Source: Spirochaetota bacterium (GTDB taxonomy: Bacteria > Spirochaetota > UBA6919 > CBDBPB01). From it: a stretch of 64,000 nt of DNA. The DNA lies in contig CBDBPB010000006.1 of assembly GCA_965208615.1 (NCBI GenBank), forward strand, positions 192,001 to 256,000, given 5' to 3'. Of the stretch, positions 42,136 to 52,259 are shown piece by piece. Made by a program: the position numbers and the translations under genes. Each line of letters opens with the position of its first letter. The stretch's first letter is position 1. The notes beneath the pieces were generated by a model. The model saw only the letters and a program-made list of their open reading frames with translations. It made no database searches and was not told where the DNA came from.

Positions 42136-43284
42136 ATGGATCCAATCCCTATTATAACCCTATTAATATATACATCAGCGCAGATAGTCTTGTTTATATG
42201 TTTGCTAAAAAGCTATAGGCAATTTAATCCCAAAATTAAAAAGTTAACATTAAAAATAACTATAGTTATATACTCCATCCTAAATCTATTAGTCATTATA
42301 AGAATCATATTCCATAAACCATTGCTTAACTTGTCTAAAAAATACTATATTGATCCTTTTTTGCATATCTCACTACTAATAGCCACACTCCTAACTATAC
42401 CAATAATATCCATTATATTATATCACTTACTAAAACTAATTAGCAAAACTATAAAGCATAAAATCAGAAATCCAATAACTATAGTAACTGCAATAACCAT
42501 AATACTATATATCGCAGGATTTATACTATACCAAAAAAGGTACGATTTTGAAGTTGTTAAAATATCCATTAACTTCAAAACCCTCCCCAAAGAATTTAAT
42601 AATTATAAAATAGTCCATCTATCAGACTTCCACTCAAGCTACTTTGTTAGAGAAAAATATCTAAACAAAATTGTAAATACAGTTAATAACCTTAATCCAA
42701 ATCTAATAGTATTAACGGGGGATTATTTAACATCCAATAAAAACTACTTTCATGAACTAATAACTGCCTTAAGCAAGCTAAATAAAAAAGTAAATAAAAT
42801 AGCTGTTTTGGGTAATCACGACTTATGGGTAGACCCCATATTCATAGAAAAAGAGCTAAACCTCATAAATATTAAAGTTCTAAGAAATAGTAATTATAAA
42901 ATATCCAAAAACAACCAGTCAATATATATAGTGGGTATAGATGACTTGTTTAATAACCATGATAACATAAACAAAGCTATTAAAAATATAGATTTAAATA
43001 AATTTACTATACTCCTATGCCATAACCCCGATTTTATAAAAACAGCAGTAAACTACTCCTTTGACCTTATGCTATCAGGACATACTCATGGAGGACAAAT
43101 TAAATTGCCGATTATTGGGCCTATAACACTTCCTTCAAAACTTGATAATAAGTATACAGAGGGGTTATTAAAGAAAAAGAATACTTATCTATATATAAAC
43201 AAGGGTATTGGAGTAATATCACCACCAATACGTTTTCTATCCCCGCCAGAGATATCAGAAATAACTTTAAAAAAAGAGGTTTGA
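42136..43284 (+). CDS. Membrane-anchored metallophosphoesterase (YkuE/YaeI-like)
   Basis: N-terminal TMs; SDFH, TGDY, GNHD, CHNP, SGHTHGGQ motifs. Confidence 0.92.
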   Translation: MDPIPIITLLIYTSAQIVLFICLLKSYRQFNPKIKKLTLKITIVIYSILNLLVIIRIIFHKPLLNLSKKYYIDPFLHISLLIATLLTIPIISIILYHLLKLISKTIKHKIRNPITIVTAITIILYIAGFILYQKRYDFEVVKISINFKTLPKEFNNYKIVHLSDFHSSYFVREKYLNKIVNTVNNLNPNLIVLTGDYLTSNKNYFHELITALSKLNKKVNKIAVLGNHDLWVDPIFIEKELNLINIKVLRNSNYKISKNNQSIYIVGIDDLFNNHDNINKAIKNIDLNKFTILLCHNPDFIKTAVNYSFDLMLSGHTHGGQIKLPIIGPITLPSKLDNKYTEGLLKKKNTYLYINKGIGVISPPIRFLSPPEISEITLKKEV

Positions 43285-43287
43285 GCT

Positions 43288-44889
43288 ATGTTAAATAAAA
43301 TTATAACAATAAAAATTAATTCCAAAATTATAGAAAATGAAACTGCTATTAACATTTTTAACAAAGATAAAATCCCCCTAAGACACCTGCTAAACACTAT
43401 AAATAAGCTATCATCCTCAGAGAATAAAATCATATTAATAGTTGTGGACACATTAAACCATATAGGCTGGGCATTAATCCAAAATATAAGAAGGGCTTTG
43501 CTGCCATTAAATAAATCCAATAAAGTAATAGCCTATTTAGAAAGAGGTGGAATGAAGGAATATTATACGGCATCAGTAGCCAGTGAGATTATTATGCCTC
43601 CAGCCAGCAGTTTAGAACTAATAGGTTTGGGGATAGATGTATTTTTTATCAAAAAAGCCCTTAGTATAATAGGTTTAGAGCCTGACTTTATAAAAACTGG
43701 TGCCTATAAAACATTTGCAGATATGTTTATGCGTAATTCTATATCCAGAGAGCATAAGCAAATGCTAAATACAATAATTAATACCTACATAAAAGAACTA
43801 GACTCCCATATACTAAAATCAAGACCTAATATGGATAAACTATCCAACTTAATAGACAAAGGACCTTTCACTGCCAATGAGGCCATAGATAATAACATAA
43901 TCGACCACCTAATGTACGAAGAAGAAATAGAAGATTACTTTAAAGAACGCTTCAAACTAAAAAAATGTATAAAAATACCACTAAAAATATCTGACTCATA
44001 CTTTAACCTTAAAAAACTATTTTTGCCTATTAAAAAAATAGCTCTTATTTATGCAGAAGGAATAATCATTGAAGAAGAAAGCCGTAAATCCCATCACTCT
44101 CATAAAGACTATATTGCACCCCATAGCTTATGCCAGTCTATCCGTAAGGCTAGGGAAAATAAATCCATTAGAGGGGTTGTAATTAGAATAAACAGTCCTG
44201 GTGGTTCTGCTCTGGCATCTGATATAATATGGCATGAAATTAGAAAAACTCGTAATAAAAAACCTGTTGTTGTATCCATGTCTAATACTGCGGCCTCAGG
44301 TGGATATTATATTGCTATGGCGTCTGATTGCATATTTGCAGAAACTATGACTCTAACTGGGTCTATAGGAGTAGTAATGGGGAAGCTCTCTGGTAAATCC
44401 CTGCTAAAAACTATTGGGGTTAGGCGGGATAGTGTTAATAAGGGTAAAAATATTGATATTCTCTCTCCTTTTTCGCCGTTCAGCCACGATAACAAAGCTA
44501 AACTAGAAAAACAAATCACCTCATTTTATTATAAACAGTTTTTGGATAAAACCGCCCAGTGCAGGAATAAAAGTGTTGACTCCATAGCAAAGACTGCTGA
44601 AGGCAGAGTTTGGACTGGTTATAACGCAAAAGAAAATGGACTCGTAGACAAAATAGGCGGGCTGATGGAGGCTATAGAACATATTCGTACTTTAGCCAAT
44701 ATCAAGAAAAACGATAATCTAAAAATTGCTGTTTATCATAAAAAAAAGTTTAAACTTTCTATTATGTCTGCACTAAGGAATTCAATCTATCCATTTTCTA
44801 GTCAGATAAACTCCATACTTAACTGGAAAGAACTCCTTTTTACAGAAAAGGTATTATATTTAGACTCCCATATTTTTAAAGTCAAATAA
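43288..44889 (+). CDS. sppA: Signal peptide peptidase SppA (S49, two-domain type)
   Basis: GAYK (catalytic Lys region), RINSPGGS, AASGGYY (catalytic Ser), TGSIGV, EGRVWTG, GLVDKIGG. Confidence 0.9.
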   Translation: MLNKIITIKINSKIIENETAINIFNKDKIPLRHLLNTINKLSSSENKIILIVVDTLNHIGWALIQNIRRALLPLNKSNKVIAYLERGGMKEYYTASVASEIIMPPASSLELIGLGIDVFFIKKALSIIGLEPDFIKTGAYKTFADMFMRNSISREHKQMLNTIINTYIKELDSHILKSRPNMDKLSNLIDKGPFTANEAIDNNIIDHLMYEEEIEDYFKERFKLKKCIKIPLKISDSYFNLKKLFLPIKKIALIYAEGIIIEEESRKSHHSHKDYIAPHSLCQSIRKARENKSIRGVVIRINSPGGSALASDIIWHEIRKTRNKKPVVVSMSNTAASGGYYIAMASDCIFAETMTLTGSIGVVMGKLSGKSLLKTIGVRRDSVNKGKNIDILSPFSPFSHDNKAKLEKQITSFYYKQFLDKTAQCRNKSVDSIAKTAEGRVWTGYNAKENGLVDKIGGLMEAIEHIRTLANIKKNDNLKIAVYHKKKFKLSIMSALRNSIYPFSSQINSILNWKELLFTEKVLYLDSHIFKVK

Positions 44890-44891
44890 AG

Positions 44892-45191
44892 CTATAATTC
44901 ATTGGATATATTATCAGGTAGAGACTTATCAACAATATCGATTAAGCGATCAATTCTTTCTTTAAGTTTATCATATTCGGAATATGCTCTAAATAGCTCA
45001 TCAGCAAGGTTTAAAGAGGTTAAAATGGCTATCTTTGTCTTGGAGTAATCCGGGAATCTTGCAGAAAGACCTTCCATCTTATCATCGACTAACTTTGATA
45101 CCTTAAAAGTTCGTTCTTTATCTTTATAGGTCGATACCAGCTTATACTTTTCACCAAAAATAGTTACTTCTGCATATCGAGGATTATCCAT
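44892..45191 (-). CDS. zapA: Cell division protein ZapA
   Basis: VTIFGEKY, VDDKM, KIAILTSLNLADE; typical position downstream of pheT. Confidence 0.9.
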   Translation of the reverse strand: MDNPRYAEVTIFGEKYKLVSTYKDKERTFKVSKLVDDKMEGLSARFPDYSKTKIAILTSLNLADELFRAYSEYDKLKERIDRLIDIVDKSLPDNISNEL

Positions 45192-45569
45192 TTATAGCTC
45201 CTCTTCAGAAAAGAAATCAAAAACTGTATCCTTTAAACTATTGTTTGACGCCTTCTTTAATACCTTAGTATTTTCCTTAGTATTTTCTATGTTTAGGGTA
45301 TTTTTTATAAGTTTATCAACATCACTACCCTGTGATAATTGCTTTATAAGAGTTATAATCTTTTCTCTTGCAAGATGTTTTATACTCTCAAGCCTATCAT
45401 TTTCTGTTTTTAAACTATCTATTTCTTGAACTAGTATATTATTTTTATTCTGCCTATCCTTTAAGTCTAATTTTAATCTATTATTTTCTTCAACAACTTG
45501 TGTCAATTTTACCGCTAAAAAATGTATTTTATTTTCTAGTAGTTCTATACTCTCTAGTGCAGAGTTCAT
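45192..45569 (-). CDS. ZapB-like coiled-coil protein
   Basis: LESIELLENKI...ENNRLK...ENDRL heptads; located between pheT and zapA. Confidence 0.6.
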   Translation of the reverse strand: MNSALESIELLENKIHFLAVKLTQVVEENNRLKLDLKDRQNKNNILVQEIDSLKTENDRLESIKHLAREKIITLIKQLSQGSDVDKLIKNTLNIENTKENTKVLKKASNNSLKDTVFDFFSEEEL

Positions 45570-47944
45570 TAAACTTCCCTCATCTCACCGCCGCAGTTTT
45601 TGCGTAACCGTAAAACAATAGAATCAAATTCTTTGTCAACAAGATCGTCAGAGAGAGTTTTTTCTTTATCCTGAAAAATAAGAGAAAATGCCATACTCTT
45701 ACGACCCTTGGGTATATGTTTTCCTTTATATATATCCAAAAGTTTAACGCTACTCAAATAACTAGAGGCATTCTTAATTTCTGTTATAACATTATTAGCG
45801 GCTATATTTTCATCAACTAAAATAGCAATATCCCTTAAAACCTCCGGATATTTACTAATTCCAGAGTAAACCCTATTATATAAAGATAAGCCCTCTAACC
45901 TGTTAATAAACACCTCGCAAAGAATTAACGGATAGTTAACCTTATAATAACTCTGTAATTCAGAACTCAAAATACCAATATATCCAATTTCTTTATCGTC
46001 AAGCATAATACTAGCACATCCACTCGGATGAAATAAATCTTTTTTCTTACTCCTAAAAACTAAATCACAAATCCCTAACTGGCTGAAAAGACCTTCAACT
46101 ATACCCTTTAAATCAAAAAAGTCAAACACTCTCTCATCAGAATAAATATCCTTATCCGATAAGCCGTATAGAGCAATAACAAGATTCTTTTCTTCTATTA
46201 GTAAATCCCCATCCTTATGAAATATATTGCCTATCTCAAAAAGCGATAGAGCCTTATTTCCGTGGTTAACATTCCTCTGAACACTAAGCACCATACCATA
46301 ACATAAACTATTCCTAAGAAATTGACTCTCAAAATTAAGAGGATTCCTAACCTCAATAATGTTACCATAGGGAAGTTTTAACTTCTCAAAATCATTTTTA
46401 GCAACAAATGAAAAATTAATTGTCTCGCTTAAACCAAAACCATTTAGAATATACTTAATTCTATCCCCTAAAACATAATGTGTATCAAAATAATCAGGAT
46501 TCACCCTAATAGGGGGAATAGTCTCCTCAATATTGTCATAGCCGTAAATACGAGCAATTTCCTCTACTACATCAATATCCCTAAAAACATCATACTTAAA
46601 AGACGGCACATTAACTACAATATTATTATTATCCTTTTCCTCAATCTCAAACTCTAAAGGCTCTAGGTAGCTTTTTATCATTTTATTAGTTATTTTTGTT
46701 CCAAGCCTATTATTTACAAAAGATGTGTTTAAGTTGATTTTAGCTTTTTCAATGGGCATAGGATAAACATCGGTTAAGTCAGATATCTCACCGCCGCAAA
46801 TGCTCTGAATAAGATTAGCACAACGATCTAATGCCCTTACTATCCCCCCCCAATCAGTACCACGTTCAAAGCGATAAGATGAGTCAGTCTGCAAATCAAG
46901 ACTTTTAGAAGTCTGCCTAATAGACTGAGGTAAAAAGTATGCACTTTCTAATAGCAGGTCTATAGAGCTATTAGTTATACTAGAGTTAAGCCCGCCCATA
47001 ACCCCAGCAATAGCTATGGGACTATGTTTATCAGCAATAATAAGCATATTATTATCCAAACTACGTTTAAGGCCGTCAATAGTAACTATATCCTCATTAC
47101 TACCTGCACGACGAACAATTATCTGCTTACCATTAATCTTAGAGAGATCAAAAGCGTGTAATGGATGTCCTAATTCTAATAGTACAAAGTTGCTTATATC
47201 CACAACATTGTTAATGGGACGACTACCAAGGTTTATAAGGATATCCTTAAGCCATTTAGGACTCTCAGCAATTTTAACTCCCCTAATTATTCTGGATGCA
47301 TATCTCATACAAAGATCGCTGTCCACGATTTTTACATTAGGCAGTTCAACAGCGTTGTTAACTTTAATGCTATAATCCGGATACTTTATCCCAGAATAGC
47401 CCATAGCAGATATTTCCCTAACTATACCAATGTGAGAAAGACAATCACCTCTATTGGCAGTAAGAGTAATATCTAATATATCGTCCTCTTTTGGCAGGTA
47501 ATCATTAATGTTAGAGCCAATTACAGCATCATTAGGTAATATCCAAATACCCTCTTGATCATCCTTAATAGCAAGCTCACTCTTAGAGCATAACATTCCA
47601 AATGACTCAACACCTCTTATTTTAGCCTTTTTTATGTTAAGATTATTAGCTAATTTTGCTCCTACTTTAGCAAGGCATACTCTATCATTAACCAGCATAT
47701 TAGAGGCACCACAAATAATCTGTAATTCTTCATTTCCATCACTAACAGTACAAATTAACAACCTGTTGGCATTACTATGTTTATTAATAGCCTTAATCTG
47801 CCCAACAACTACATTATTAAACTTACTGCCAACGTGGATAATACCCTCAACCTCAAGACCCTGCATAGTTAATTTATGAGCCAGGCTTTCTAAGGAAAGA
47901 TCAAACCCTAGATATTGCTTTAATAAATTGTATGATATTAACAT
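45569..47944 (-). CDS. pheT: Phenylalanine--tRNA ligase beta subunit
   Basis: IICGASN, ESFGMLCS, NRGDCLS, INNVVDISN, SSYRFERG, EEIARIYGY, FDX-ACB tail. Confidence 0.97.
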   Translation of the reverse strand: MLISYNLLKQYLGFDLSLESLAHKLTMQGLEVEGIIHVGSKFNNVVVGQIKAINKHSNANRLLICTVSDGNEELQIICGASNMLVNDRVCLAKVGAKLANNLNIKKAKIRGVESFGMLCSKSELAIKDDQEGIWILPNDAVIGSNINDYLPKEDDILDITLTANRGDCLSHIGIVREISAMGYSGIKYPDYSIKVNNAVELPNVKIVDSDLCMRYASRIIRGVKIAESPKWLKDILINLGSRPINNVVDISNFVLLELGHPLHAFDLSKINGKQIIVRRAGSNEDIVTIDGLKRSLDNNMLIIADKHSPIAIAGVMGGLNSSITNSSIDLLLESAYFLPQSIRQTSKSLDLQTDSSYRFERGTDWGGIVRALDRCANLIQSICGGEISDLTDVYPMPIEKAKINLNTSFVNNRLGTKITNKMIKSYLEPLEFEIEEKDNNNIVVNVPSFKYDVFRDIDVVEEIARIYGYDNIEETIPPIRVNPDYFDTHYVLGDRIKYILNGFGLSETINFSFVAKNDFEKLKLPYGNIIEVRNPLNFESQFLRNSLCYGMVLSVQRNVNHGNKALSLFEIGNIFHKDGDLLIEEKNLVIALYGLSDKDIYSDERVFDFFDLKGIVEGLFSQLGICDLVFRSKKKDLFHPSGCASIMLDDKEIGYIGILSSELQSYYKVNYPLILCEVFINRLEGLSLYNRVYSGISKYPEVLRDIAILVDENIAANNVITEIKNASSYLSSVKLLDIYKGKHIPKGRKSMAFSLIFQDKEKTLSDDLVDKEFDSIVLRLRKNCGGEMREV

Positions 47945-47995
47945 ATTTGTTATGATTTTTTTATTTTTTTGGTATGGTATATTGTTTAAGTCTCA

Positions 47996-48024
47996 AATCT
48001 ACTAGATTTGACTATAATTGTCAA
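47996..48024 (-). promoter_or_regulatory. Sigma70 promoter of pheT
   Basis: TTGACA-N17-TAGATT. Confidence 0.55.
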
Positions 48025-48127
48025 CAACTTATAAATTAAATTCGTTAACCCTCTAACTCTACTTAAAATAAACTTATAAAAATCTAATAAGCCTATAAAC
48101 TAATTAAAATCAGCTAAATACAAAAGT

Positions 48128-48511
48128 TTAATTATGAGGAAGTTGTTTTAAATCATTTGATTTAACTTCTTCTTTTAACTTATTTATTTCTTTATCTTGT
48201 TTGCCCATTTCTTTTTCTTTTTTCTTTATCTCTTTTTTTTGTACTTTAATCTCTTTTTTCTGTGTCCTCCACTGGCTAAAATATAGAGGAATAGTAATTA
48301 TTACTCCTACTAAAATACCAGCGAATATTAGTATAACAAATGGAACATCACCAATTTCATTTGCGAATAATGATATTGTTACAACTTGAGAGGCATTTTC
48401 TACAATAATCCAAGATATAAAAATTAAAACTATGATTTTTAAAATGAGCTTAACTAGTCTCATTCGTTTTGGTTTATTATTTTGTTTTGGTTTATTATTT
48501 TGTTTTTTCAT
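48128..48511 (-). CDS. LapA (DUF1049)-like membrane protein with Lys-rich coiled-coil tail
   Basis: TM-VENASQVVTISLF...VPFVILIFAGILVG-TM, then a coiled coil. Confidence 0.7.
   Translation of the reverse strand: MKKQNNKPKQNNKPKRMRLVKLILKIIVLIFISWIIVENASQVVTISLFANEIGDVPFVILIFAGILVGVIITIPLYFSQWRTQKKEIKVQKKEIKKKEKEMGKQDKEINKLKEEVKSNDLKQLPHN
48467..48502. repeat. Exact 18-bp tandem duplication in the lapA-like 5' end (QNNKPK x2)
   Basis: TTTTGGTTTATTATTTTG x2. Confidence 0.85.
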
Positions 48512-48546
48512 TCTTTTTGTAAACCTTAGGTATACAAGATTACTTG

Positions 48547-48575
48547 ATAGTATTAAAATTAGTTTGACTTGTCAA
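48547..48575 (-). promoter_or_regulatory. Sigma70 promoter of the lapA-like gene
   Basis: TTGACA-N17-TACTAT. Confidence 0.6.
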
Positions 48576-48641
48576 CTAAATTTAAAAAATAATATATGAA
48601 AAATAAAACTTTATTATATATTTACATAATTAGGAAAACAA

Positions 48642-49304
48642 ATGTCTAATAAAACATTAAACTTATCTGAAAACCTTTATGACTACTTACTTAATGTATC
48701 CCTTAGAGAGCCTGATATCCTTAGAGAACTACGTCATAAAACTAAGGCTTATCCAGAGTTTAATATGCAGATCTCTCCCGAACAAGGACAGTTTTTATCA
48801 CTACTAATTAAATTGATTAATGCCAAAAAGATTATTGAAATTGGTGTATTTACCGGTTATAGCTCTTTGTATATGGCTTTAGCTCTATCTAAAAACGCTA
48901 AACTCATTGCATGCGACATTAACGAAAACTGGACTAATATTGCAAAGACTTATTGGAAAAGAGCTGGAGTACTTAATAAAATAGATTTACGTTTAGCTCC
49001 GGCACTTAACACCCTAAATAGCCTTATCGCCGATGGACAAACTGAACAATATGATTTTATATTTATAGATGCCGATAAAACTAGTTATAATGACTACTAT
49101 GAAAAGTCGCTTCTGTTATTAAGAAATAATGGCTTAATTGCTATTGATAATACCCTTTGGGACGGCAAAGTAATTGACTTAGCTTGTGATGACCCTGATA
49201 CAAAAGCCATTAGAGCCTTTAATCAAAAACTTTTGCTCGATGAACGTATTAGTTTAAGCCTTTTGCCTATAGCAGATGGCTTGACCCTTGCACTAAAAAA
49301 GTAA
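48642..49304 (+). CDS. Class I SAM-dependent O-methyltransferase (caffeoyl-CoA OMT-like)
   Basis: MQISPEQGQF, IEIGVFTGYS, FIDADK, IDNTLW, DGLTL. Confidence 0.93.
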   Translation: MSNKTLNLSENLYDYLLNVSLREPDILRELRHKTKAYPEFNMQISPEQGQFLSLLIKLINAKKIIEIGVFTGYSSLYMALALSKNAKLIACDINENWTNIAKTYWKRAGVLNKIDLRLAPALNTLNSLIADGQTEQYDFIFIDADKTSYNDYYEKSLLLLRNNGLIAIDNTLWDGKVIDLACDDPDTKAIRAFNQKLLLDERISLSLLPIADGLTLALKK

Positions 49305-49380
49305 TAAATTAGTCCTCATTAAATATTTTTGCGATATTTTTATTATTTTAGCATAGTAAGATTTTAATTGTTAAAACTGA

Positions 49381-49409
49381 TTGACGTTAAAGTTTAAATA
49401 TAGTACACT
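49381..49409 (+). promoter_or_regulatory. Sigma70 promoter of korAB
   Basis: TTGACG-N17-TACACT. Confidence 0.55.
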
Positions 49410-49544
49410 TTATTTATTTTTTATAAAGCAATAAATGTTGGAACAAAGTATATATAAATTATACTTTAGTATATAAATCCAATAATATTATAAATTTCAG
49501 GTAACACATAGTTAAAATGTATTTATTGATTTAAGGAGGAATTA

Positions 49545-51278
49545 ATGTCTATTGATTTAACTTTAAAAATTGGTGGTGAAGGCGGTGAAGGTGTTATTAG
49601 CTCAGGCGACTTCTTAATGCAGGCCGCAGCTATTGCAGGTATGGAGGTTATTACCTTTAAGAGCTTCCCATCTGAGATAAAAGGCGGTTATGCCCTTGCT
49701 CAACTCAGAGTTTCTGATAAGCATATTTTATCCCAAGGTGATGGATTTAATATTCTGGTGGCTTTCAATGGAGAGGCTTATGCTGTCAACAGAGATCTAT
49801 TAAAACCTGGTACTGTACTGGTTTATGATAGCGGTGAAGAGGCTGACTTTGAACCTGACGATATAGAAGGGGTTACAATGTACCCTATTCCTATGAGCCA
49901 TATAGCAAAGCGAAAACTTAAAAATTATATCACTAAAAATATGGTCGCTTTGGGTGCAGTATCTGAGCTATTCAAAATACCTATTGATAGCTTAAAAGAA
50001 TCTGTTAACAAAAAGTTCAAAAGAAAAGGTGAAGCTGTCGTTAAAATGAATTACGATGCTCTTGAGGCTGGCTCAAACTACGTTAAGGATAATCTTAAGA
50101 AAACCGATTCCTATTTATTCCCAAAAGCTCGTCCTAAAAAAGATGTGCTAATTATAGAAGGTAATCAGGCGGTAGCCTTGGGTGCCGCTATGGCTGGATG
50201 TACTTATTATGGTGCATATCCTATTACCCCTGCTACTACTGTTGGAAATTACTTATCCGAACTAATACTCGGTTTAGGTGGATACGTTTATCAGTCCGAA
50301 GATGAAATATCGGCTATAGGAACCTGCTTGGGAGCTTCATTTGCCGGTGCAAAGTGTTTGAGTGCAACTTCTGGCCCTGGACTATCCCTTATGATGGAAC
50401 TCATAGGCTTAGGAGTTATGGCTGAAATACCTCTAGTTATTGTGGATGTTCAAAGAGGGGGACCTAGTACTGGTATGCCTACTAAACATGATCAAGCAGA
50501 TTTATTTCAAGCTATATATGGCTCGCATGGTGATTCTCCAAAGATTGTTTTAGCTCCGGCTAATGTAGAGGAGAATCTTTATTTAACTATAGAGGCTTTT
50601 AATTTAGCTGAGAAATATCAAACTCCTGTTATCTTATTGACTGATGCCTCATTAGCCCTTAGGGTTGAGGCTATTAAGAGACCTGATATGTCTAAGATAA
50701 AGGTTATTGATAGAGAGTTAGCCAAGAGTGGGAATGGTGAGTTTAAGCGTTACTTGGATACACAAAATGGTATTTCGCCTATGGGTATACCTGGACTAAA
50801 GGGTTCTGCCTATGCGGCTACTGGATTGGAGCATGCTGAGAACTCAGGTCCTAGAACTAACCCAGAAACCAGAACTGCAATGACAGAAAAAAGATGGCGT
50901 AAGTTTGATAATTTAGAAGATAACTGGTTACCTGTTAAACGATTAGGTGATGATGATGCTGAAGTTGGTATTATATCATGGGGTTTAACTCAAGCTATTG
51001 CTCATGAAGCTTTTGACAGAGTTAGGGCTAAGGGACAAAAGGTAGCTATGTTATTGCCAAAGATGCTATATCCTTTACCTGTTAAGGCTATTACAGAGTT
51101 TTTTAGGTCTGTTAAGAAGGTATTAATACCAGAGGCTAATTTTCAGGGTCAATTAGCTAATGTTATACGATCATACGTTGATATTGGTGATACCAAGATT
51201 ATTCAGCAAAATGTTTATAGAGGTGAGCCGTTTATACCAAAAGAAATAGAGGATAAGTTAGACGAGCTTTGCCGTTAA
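49545..51278 (+). CDS. korA: 2-oxoacid:ferredoxin oxidoreductase alpha subunit (gamma-alpha fusion), probably 2-oxoglutarate-specific
   Basis: GGEGGEGVIS, EIKGG, YPITP, EDEI, TSGPG, QRGGPSTGMPTK. Confidence 0.9.
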   Translation: MSIDLTLKIGGEGGEGVISSGDFLMQAAAIAGMEVITFKSFPSEIKGGYALAQLRVSDKHILSQGDGFNILVAFNGEAYAVNRDLLKPGTVLVYDSGEEADFEPDDIEGVTMYPIPMSHIAKRKLKNYITKNMVALGAVSELFKIPIDSLKESVNKKFKRKGEAVVKMNYDALEAGSNYVKDNLKKTDSYLFPKARPKKDVLIIEGNQAVALGAAMAGCTYYGAYPITPATTVGNYLSELILGLGGYVYQSEDEISAIGTCLGASFAGAKCLSATSGPGLSLMMELIGLGVMAEIPLVIVDVQRGGPSTGMPTKHDQADLFQAIYGSHGDSPKIVLAPANVEENLYLTIEAFNLAEKYQTPVILLTDASLALRVEAIKRPDMSKIKVIDRELAKSGNGEFKRYLDTQNGISPMGIPGLKGSAYAATGLEHAENSGPRTNPETRTAMTEKRWRKFDNLEDNWLPVKRLGDDDAEVGIISWGLTQAIAHEAFDRVRAKGQKVAMLLPKMLYPLPVKAITEFFRSVKKVLIPEANFQGQLANVIRSYVDIGDTKIIQQNVYRGEPFIPKEIEDKLDELCR

Positions 51279-51302
51279 TTTTATATATAAAGGAGTTTAA
51301 TT

Positions 51303-52211
51303 ATGATAACTATAGATACTCAAGTAAAGCCAAAGGAATATAGAAGTAATATTGAGCCTACATGGTGTAGTGGATGCGGGGACTTTGGTGTAGTTAACGC
51401 TATTACTAGAATAATGAGTGAGTTAAAACTTGACCCTGATCATGTTGTTGCCACATCTGGCATTGGATGTTCTAGTAGACTGCCATTATGGTTAAAAAAC
51501 TTTGGTTTTCATTCTGCGCATGGTCGTGCCTTACCTGTGGCTATCGGTGCTAAGATTGTTAATCCTGAATTAACTATTTTTGTAACTAGTGGTGATGGTG
51601 ATATGTTTTCTATTGGCTCTGGTCATGTCCCTCATGCGGCAAGACGTAACTTTAACATGAATATATTATGTCTGGATAACAACTTATACGCTTTAACTAA
51701 AAACCAAACCTCTCCTACTAGTAGAGAAGGTAAAAGAGGTAGTCTTAATCCTTATGGTAATATTGATGTCCCTATGAATATTATTGAGCTTATGATAACT
51801 TATGGAGCTACTTTTGTTGCTCAGAGTTACACAGGTAATATGAAGCACACTACTGAGATGATAAGGCAGGCAACTATCCATAAAGGGTTTTCTTTTGTTA
51901 ATCTTTTATCTCCTTGTCCAACTTGGAATCACGAAGAGACTTTTAAGTATTACAAGCCACGGGTTATAGATATTAACGAGGAATATAAATATGATAATTT
52001 ATCTAATAGGATGAAGGCTTTAGAGTTGGCGGATACATCAGTAGCACATTATACTGACCCCAGTGCTAAAGTTCCTGTTGGTATATTTTATCAGGCTGAA
52101 AAGCTTACTTTTGAGGCTAAACTTGAAATGTTAAAAGAACGTTATAAAAAACGTTATGGCTCTACTAATAAACCTGATTGGGATAAGGTGTTTGACCAAT
52201 ACTCTGCTTAA
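51303..52211 (+). CDS. korB: 2-oxoacid:ferredoxin oxidoreductase beta subunit
   Basis: WCSGCGDF, SGIGCSSR, HGR, TPP-binding GDGD...DN, SPC. Confidence 0.9.
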   Translation: MITIDTQVKPKEYRSNIEPTWCSGCGDFGVVNAITRIMSELKLDPDHVVATSGIGCSSRLPLWLKNFGFHSAHGRALPVAIGAKIVNPELTIFVTSGDGDMFSIGSGHVPHAARRNFNMNILCLDNNLYALTKNQTSPTSREGKRGSLNPYGNIDVPMNIIELMITYGATFVAQSYTGNMKHTTEMIRQATIHKGFSFVNLLSPCPTWNHEETFKYYKPRVIDINEEYKYDNLSNRMKALELADTSVAHYTDPSAKVPVGIFYQAEKLTFEAKLEMLKERYKKRYGSTNKPDWDKVFDQYSA

Positions 52212-52218
52212 GTAAATG

Positions 52219-52243
52219 TATAGGGGGTATAAAACCCTCTATA
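52219..52243 (+). terminator. Hairpin between korB and the pentapeptide-repeat gene (terminator, stabiliser or attenuator)
   Basis: TATAGGGGGT-ATAAA-ACCCTCTATA: 10-bp stem with one G-U pair and no strong U-tract. Confidence 0.5.
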
Positions 52244-52259
52244 TATGAGGTTTAATGTT

